The position numbers were made by a program, and so were the translations under genes. The notes below the pieces were generated by a model. It worked only from the letters and a program-made list of their open reading frames with translations, searched no databases and had not been told where the DNA came from. A stretch of DNA of 64,000 nt from an uncultured Chloroflexia bacterium (GTDB lineage: Bacteria > Chloroflexota > Limnocylindria > Limnocylindrales > CSP1-4), in NCBI GenBank assembly GCA_963749705.1, contig CAVVNQ010000010.1, positions 32,001 through 96,000 of the forward strand, written 5' to 3'. Positions 59,275 to 64,000 of this stretch are shown in pieces (within the stretch, counting starts at the first letter, position 1; every line of letters starts with the position of its first letter).

Positions 59275-60060
59275 TCAGTGGTTGGCTCCGCGCGACGCTC
59301 CCGCGCCGGCCGCCAGCGCGCGGCCGATCGCCGGTCCGGCGAGCGCGGCGATGGCCGTCACCACCTTGAGGTCGGCGGCCCGGAACGCCGCGCCGGTCCC
59401 GGTCGCCCCGACGACCCCGATCGTCCGGTCGTCGGCGCGCAGCGCTGCCGCGACCACCGTGTGCGCCCGACGCTCGGCGTCGTTCGCCCGCGGATCCGAC
59501 GCGATGTCCTCGACCACCTCGGCGGTCCCCGTGGCGGCGACCGTGCCGACGATCCCATCGCCGAGCCGGCCGGCGAGGACGGGCCCGTCTCCCGCATCGA
59601 CGCCCTCCGGTGGCCGAAGCGCGCCGTCCGCACCGACCAGCAGCAGGAACCCCCGGGCGTCGCCGGGCAGCCGCGACAGCTCGGCGACGGCGGTGTCCAC
59701 GATCGGCTCGAGATCGGTGTGGCCGCCGATGATCGCCGCGAGGTCGTAGATCAGCGACAGCTCGCGGTACCGCTCCAGCGCCTCGGTCGCGAGCGCCCGC
59801 TTGTCACGCTCCCGCGCCGCCGCGTACGACAGCACGGCCGCGACGCCGCGGGCGGTGCGCCCGCCCTCGACCCAGCCCAGCGTCTCGCCGTCGACGGTCA
59901 CGGCGTGGCGCGCCTCGCCGGCGGCCGCGCCGGCACGTTCCAGGACCACCTCGCCGTCGGCGTCGAGGATGCGGACCCCGGCGTCCATGCCGGCCAGCAG
60001 CGCCGACACCATGGGCGCGACGTGTCGGTGCCGGACGATGAGGCGGCGCAGCTCGGTCAT
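59275..60060 (-). CDS. GAF domain protein without output domain
   Basis: LERYRELSLIY coiled coil, GIVGTVAATG...DPR...FRAADL GAF motifs. Confidence 0.8.
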   Translation of the reverse strand: MTELRRLIVRHRHVAPMVSALLAGMDAGVRILDADGEVVLERAGAAAGEARHAVTVDGETLGWVEGGRTARGVAAVLSYAAARERDKRALATEALERYRELSLIYDLAAIIGGHTDLEPIVDTAVAELSRLPGDARGFLLLVGADGALRPPEGVDAGDGPVLAGRLGDGIVGTVAATGTAEVVEDIASDPRANDAERRAHTVVAAALRADDRTIGVVGATGTGAAFRAADLKVVTAIAALAGPAIGRALAAGAGASRGANH

Positions 60061-60437
60061 GCCTCGCCCAGGACCTCGCGTGCGATCGTCATCAGCTCAT
60101 CGGGGTCGAAGGGCTTGGTCAGGTAGCGGTTGGCACCCGCGGCGATGCCGGCCTCGCGATCGTCGGCCTGGCCCTTCGCCGTGAGCAGCACGATATGCGG
60201 GTCGTGCATGCCGAGGTCGCCGCGGACCGCGCGGCACACGTCGAGGCCGTTGCGGCGCGGCATCATCACGTCGAGGAACACGAGGTCGGGGCGCTGTGCC
60301 TCGATGACGGCGAGCGCCTCGTCGCCGTCGGCCGCCGTGTACAGGTCCACGCCGTCGTCCACCAGGTCCTCGAGCGCCTGTTCGATCAGCAGCCGGATGT
60401 GCTGCTCGTCGTCGACGATGAGGACGCTCCGGGACAT
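60057..60437 (-). CDS. Single-domain response regulator (receiver only)
   Basis: LIVDDE, FLDVMMP, LTAKG, TKPF. Confidence 0.92.
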   Translation of the reverse strand: MSRSVLIVDDEQHIRLLIEQALEDLVDDGVDLYTAADGDEALAVIEAQRPDLVFLDVMMPRRNGLDVCRAVRGDLGMHDPHIVLLTAKGQADDREAGIAAGANRYLTKPFDPDELMTIAREVLGEA

Positions 60438-60527
60438 GGGCCCTCCGGGCTGTGGCTGGACCCCGTCACCTTGCCCGATGCGCAGACCCGGCGCAAGGCG
60501 GCGGCGCACGACGCGTATCCTGCCGGC

Positions 60528-61646
60528 GTGCCCGATGTCCGCTCGCCCAAGCCGATCCCGCTGCCCGCGCTCCCGCCGGGGCTCGACACGCCGGCCGTGG
60601 TGGTGTTCGTGGACCGGGTGCAGGCGAACATCGAGCGGCTCCAGGCGACGCTCGATGCCCGCGACGTTCGGCTGCGGCCGCACGCCAAGACCCACAAGAG
60701 CGTCCGCATCGCCCGGATGCAGCTCGAGGCCGGGGCCGCGGGGCTGACGGTCGGGACGCTGGGGGAGGCCGAGGTGTTCGCGCTGGCGGGTCTGCGGGAC
60801 CTGTTCATCGCCTACCCGGTCTGGGCCGACGGCCCCAAGGCGGCCCGGCTGCGGGCGCTCCACGACACGTCGGACGTGCGCGTCGGCGTCGATTCGGCGG
60901 CGGGCGCGGAGCGGCTCGCGGCAGCGGTCCGCGGATCCCGCCGCCGGCTGCGGGTCCTCGTCGAGCTCGACTCGGGTGGTCACCGGACGGGCGTCGCGAC
61001 CCCCGGCGACGCCGTCCAGGTCGCGATCGCCGCCAGCCGGGCGGGTCTCGATGTCGAGGGCGTGTTCACGCACGGCGGCCATGGCTACCGTCCCGGTGCC
61101 GCGGGCGCCGCCGCGCTCGACGAGTCGACCACGCTCGAGGCCGGGGCGCGAGCCCTGGAGGCCGCCGGGTTCGAGGTGCGGACGATCAGCGCCGGATCGA
61201 CCCCGACCCGGACGCTCGCGGCGCAGGGGCGGGTCAACGAGATACGCGCCGGAACCTACGTGCTCGGCGATCGCCAGCAGTGGGCCCTCGACGCGATCGA
61301 TGCCGACGGCATCGCGGCCGTGGTCGCGGCGACCGTCGTCTCGGCCGGGCGGGAGCGGCTCGTGGTCGACGCCGGGGCCAAGGCGCTGACCAAGGACCTG
61401 CCCTCGTTCGTCGAGGGCTACGGGCTCCTCGCCGGCTGGCCGGGTGCCGTGATCGAGCGCGTCAACGACTATCACGGCGTCGTATCCCTGCCGGCCACGA
61501 CCGCCGCTCCGGTGCCGGGCGATGTGATCGCGATCGTGCCGAACCACATCTGCCCCGTGATCGACCTCGTGGCGTCGTTCGTCGCGGTCCAGCCGGACGG
61601 GCGCGCGGAGCACTGGGCGGTCGACGCCCGGGGCCGCAACGGCTGA
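60528..61646 (+). CDS. Alanine racemase-fold PLP enzyme (D-threonine aldolase/D-serine dehydratase family)
   Basis: LDTP, RPHAKTHK, GSTPT, EIRAGTY, DAGAK, PNHIC. Confidence 0.9.
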   Translation: MPDVRSPKPIPLPALPPGLDTPAVVVFVDRVQANIERLQATLDARDVRLRPHAKTHKSVRIARMQLEAGAAGLTVGTLGEAEVFALAGLRDLFIAYPVWADGPKAARLRALHDTSDVRVGVDSAAGAERLAAAVRGSRRRLRVLVELDSGGHRTGVATPGDAVQVAIAASRAGLDVEGVFTHGGHGYRPGAAGAAALDESTTLEAGARALEAAGFEVRTISAGSTPTRTLAAQGRVNEIRAGTYVLGDRQQWALDAIDADGIAAVVAATVVSAGRERLVVDAGAKALTKDLPSFVEGYGLLAGWPGAVIERVNDYHGVVSLPATTAAPVPGDVIAIVPNHICPVIDLVASFVAVQPDGRAEHWAVDARGRNG

Positions 61647-61671
61647 CCTGCGGTTGCGGCATCATCAGGCC

Positions 61672-62472
61672 ATGTCCGATCCGACCGGTCTCGAGCTCAT
61701 CCCGCCGCGCGCGGCGCTGCGCCATCGCGTGCTCGCCGGCGAGGCGACCATCGGCGTGTTCGCGTCGCTCGGGTCCGCGGTTGCCGCGGAGCTGCTGGGC
61801 CGCGGCGGGTTCGACTGGATCATCGTCGACCTCGAGCACGGCATGGGGTCGGAGGCGGAGCTCCATGGGCAGCTGCTCGCCATCCAGGCAACGCCGACCG
61901 CCGCCCTGGTGCGCGTCGCCTCGGCCGAGCGGCTGCGGGTCGGCCGGGCGCTGGACCTCGGGGCCGACGGCCTGATGATCCCGCGACTGGAGCGCGTGGC
62001 CGATGTGGCCGAGACCGTCGGCTGGATGCGCTATCCGCCCGACGGCATCCGCGGCGTCGCACCGGCCACCCGCGGAGCCGGCTACAGCCAGCGACCCCAC
62101 CCGACGCTGAGCGAGGTCAACGACCAGGTGCTCGGGGTGTTCCAGGTCGAGTCGATGGTTGCGGTCGAGGCGGCGGGCGAGCTCGCGTCGATCGAGGGGG
62201 TTGACGTGCTGTTCGTGGGCCCGGCGGACCTGTCGCACTCGATGGGGATCCCGGGCGAGATCGACGATCCGGCGTTCGTGGCCGCGCTCGACCGTGTCGT
62301 GGCCGCCTGCCGGATGCACGGCAAGTCGGCGGGGATCCTGCTGCGCGACCCGGCCGCCGTCCCGGCGGCGTTCGCCCAGGGGTTCACGTTCCTGGGCGTC
62401 GCATCGGACTCGGGGATGCTCATCTCCGGCGTCCGGGCCGCGGCCGCCGAATCGCGCGCCGCGCTCGGCTGA
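61672..62472 (+). CDS. HpcH/HpaI aldolase family protein
   Basis: DLEHG, LDLGADG, YPPDGIRG, QVES, FVGPADLS. Confidence 0.92.
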   Translation: MSDPTGLELIPPRAALRHRVLAGEATIGVFASLGSAVAAELLGRGGFDWIIVDLEHGMGSEAELHGQLLAIQATPTAALVRVASAERLRVGRALDLGADGLMIPRLERVADVAETVGWMRYPPDGIRGVAPATRGAGYSQRPHPTLSEVNDQVLGVFQVESMVAVEAAGELASIEGVDVLFVGPADLSHSMGIPGEIDDPAFVAALDRVVAACRMHGKSAGILLRDPAAVPAAFAQGFTFLGVASDSGMLISGVRAAAAESRAALG

Positions 62473-62486
62473 GCCCGGGGCGCCCG

Positions 62487-63479
62487 CTACTCCTCGGACA
62501 GCCGCACGATCGGCTGCGGCAGCGGCGGGCGGCGGTCGCGCCCGGCCGTGCTGCCGCTGGCGTGCGTCTGGGACAGGATCACGCCGGCCAGGATCAGCGC
62601 ACCGCCGACCAGCTGCACCGGCTCCAGGCGCTCGCTGTACAGGACGGCCGCGGCCGCGATCGTCCACAACGGCTCGACCGTGGACACCAGGCTTGCCTGG
62701 GCGGCGCCAAGTCGCTGCGCGCCGGCGTAGAACGCCTGGACCGGCACGAACCCGGCGATCACGGCGACCGCGATGATCCCCGGCCAGGCGTCGCCGGGGA
62801 TCGCGGCCGGCAGCACCGGATGCCCGATCGAGAGCGTGACCACCCAGTACACGGTCGCGGTGGACGTCAGCATCACGGCCCCGATCGCCGAGGCGGCCGC
62901 TCCGTCGTCCGCCTGCCTGCCGACGCGATCCCGGCGCTCGCCCGAGAGGCGGGCGGCGAGGATGATCCAGACCGCGTAGATCAAGGGCGAGACCACGATC
63001 TCGATCAAGCCGTCGGCCGGCGGCATCGTGCCGCTGTCGATGCCGCCCACCGCGAGCAGGACGCCCAGGACCGCGATGCCCAGCGCCGCCCATGCGCGCC
63101 GCCCCTCGAGGCGCCGGCCCAGCCGCAGCGCGAGCACCGCGACGACCGGCGGGTAGAGGTAGACGATCAGGGCTGACAGCCCGAGCGGCACGGTCTGGAT
63201 CCCGGCGTAGTACGTCGCCGTGTTGCCCACGTACAGCACGCCCAACGCCATCGTCGCGAGGATCGTCCGGCGCGGCAGCCGGGCAAGCGCGCGGCGGGCG
63301 GCCGGCCGCGCCAGGAGCACGACCCACGCGAGGCCGCCGGCGATCGCGAACCGCCACGCCATCAGGGTCAGCCAGTCGACTCCGCTGGCATACACGGGCT
63401 TTGCGAACAGGCCGCCCGAGCCGAACGCGATGGCGCTGACGACGACCAGCATGATGCCGGTGAGGCGGGTTCGGTCCAC
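62487..63479 (-). CDS. EamA/DMT family transporter
   Basis: Ten TM, YLYPPVV, STVEPL. Confidence 0.88.
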   Translation of the reverse strand: MDRTRLTGIMLVVVSAIAFGSGGLFAKPVYASGVDWLTLMAWRFAIAGGLAWVVLLARPAARRALARLPRRTILATMALGVLYVGNTATYYAGIQTVPLGLSALIVYLYPPVVAVLALRLGRRLEGRRAWAALGIAVLGVLLAVGGIDSGTMPPADGLIEIVVSPLIYAVWIILAARLSGERRDRVGRQADDGAAASAIGAVMLTSTATVYWVVTLSIGHPVLPAAIPGDAWPGIIAVAVIAGFVPVQAFYAGAQRLGAAQASLVSTVEPLWTIAAAAVLYSERLEPVQLVGGALILAGVILSQTHASGSTAGRDRRPPLPQPIVRLSEE

Positions 63480-63573
63480 GCGCCGAGGGTACCCAAGCGG
63501 AGACCCCGGTGCCGCCCGTCGCGGGCGCCGACCGCGGCCGCGAGGTATCGGCACTCCGCGTACACTGGGGACC

Positions 63574-64000
63574 GTGGCTGAGCTGATCAAGCGCGCCGGA
63601 CTGGCGCGTGTTCCCGCCCTCGCGGCAGAGCCGCTCATGGTCGTCGGACGCCGGGAGCCCGTGACCGTCGGGCCCGGCACGACGCTGGCCGTCTGCCTGC
63701 TCGCGATCCAGCGCACCGGCACCGGAGACTCCGTGTTCATCACGGATGCGGACGGTCGCCTGGTCGGCGTCCTGACGGAGCGCGATGTGTTCGGGCGCCT
63801 GGTCGGCCCCGATGTCGCGGCCGGCGTCGACGTCGATGCGCCGGTCGAGGACTACATGACCACGAACCCGCATACGCTCCACGTCGATGGCACGGTTCGC
63901 GACGCGCTGGTGCTGATGCAGCAGGGCCGCTATCGGAACGTCCCGGTCGTGGACGACGACGGGAAGCTCACCGGGGTCGTGCGCCAGATCGACATCCTCA
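63574..64000 (+). CDS. CBS domain pair protein (partial, runs off edge)
   Basis: Hand translation: GRLVGVLTERD...VEDYMTTNP...VPVVDDDGKLTGVV. Confidence 0.82.
   Translation, partial: MAELIKRAGLARVPALAAEPLMVVGRREPVTVGPGTTLAVCLLAIQRTGTGDSVFITDADGRLVGVLTERDVFGRLVGPDVAAGVDVDAPVEDYMTTNPHTLHVDGTVRDALVLMQQGRYRNVPVVDDDGKLTGVVRQIDIL

Overview
High-GC (roughly 70-75% by eye) bacterial chromosomal DNA with dense housekeeping and respiratory genes. I found no transposase, integrase, prophage or CRISPR array. Gene content suggests a monoderm soil or freshwater lineage, plausibly Chloroflexota such as Limnocylindria (inference only). Main blocks: (i) a split cytochrome b6/subunit IV-Rieske-cytochrome c operon, led by a GltD/NfnB-like Fe-S flavoprotein and closed by a kelch membrane protein; (ii) an FMN-riboswitch-controlled RibXY-type ABC transporter; (iii) tRNA-Lys(TTT) and initiator tRNA-Met; (iv) a type A2 heme-copper oxidase operon with divergent ctaG; (v) glmS, a PotABCD-like transporter, proC, proline dehydrogenase and a receiver-GAF-histidine kinase cluster. 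Three signals not explained by standard annotation stand out. Two unlinked 32-aa hydrophobic peptide genes both end in GAKRW. Two intergenic 36-nt hairpins share a UCCCCCC loop, stem core, 3' tail and the same -10 spacing (candidate tiny sRNA family). Three closely similar amicyanin-loop cupredoxin domains are fused to the bc-complex cytochrome c, oxidase subunit II and a split subunit IV-like protein. Two single-base frameshifts (ctaG, btuF-like) are probably assembly errors. Start codons were chosen by eye and no database searches were run.
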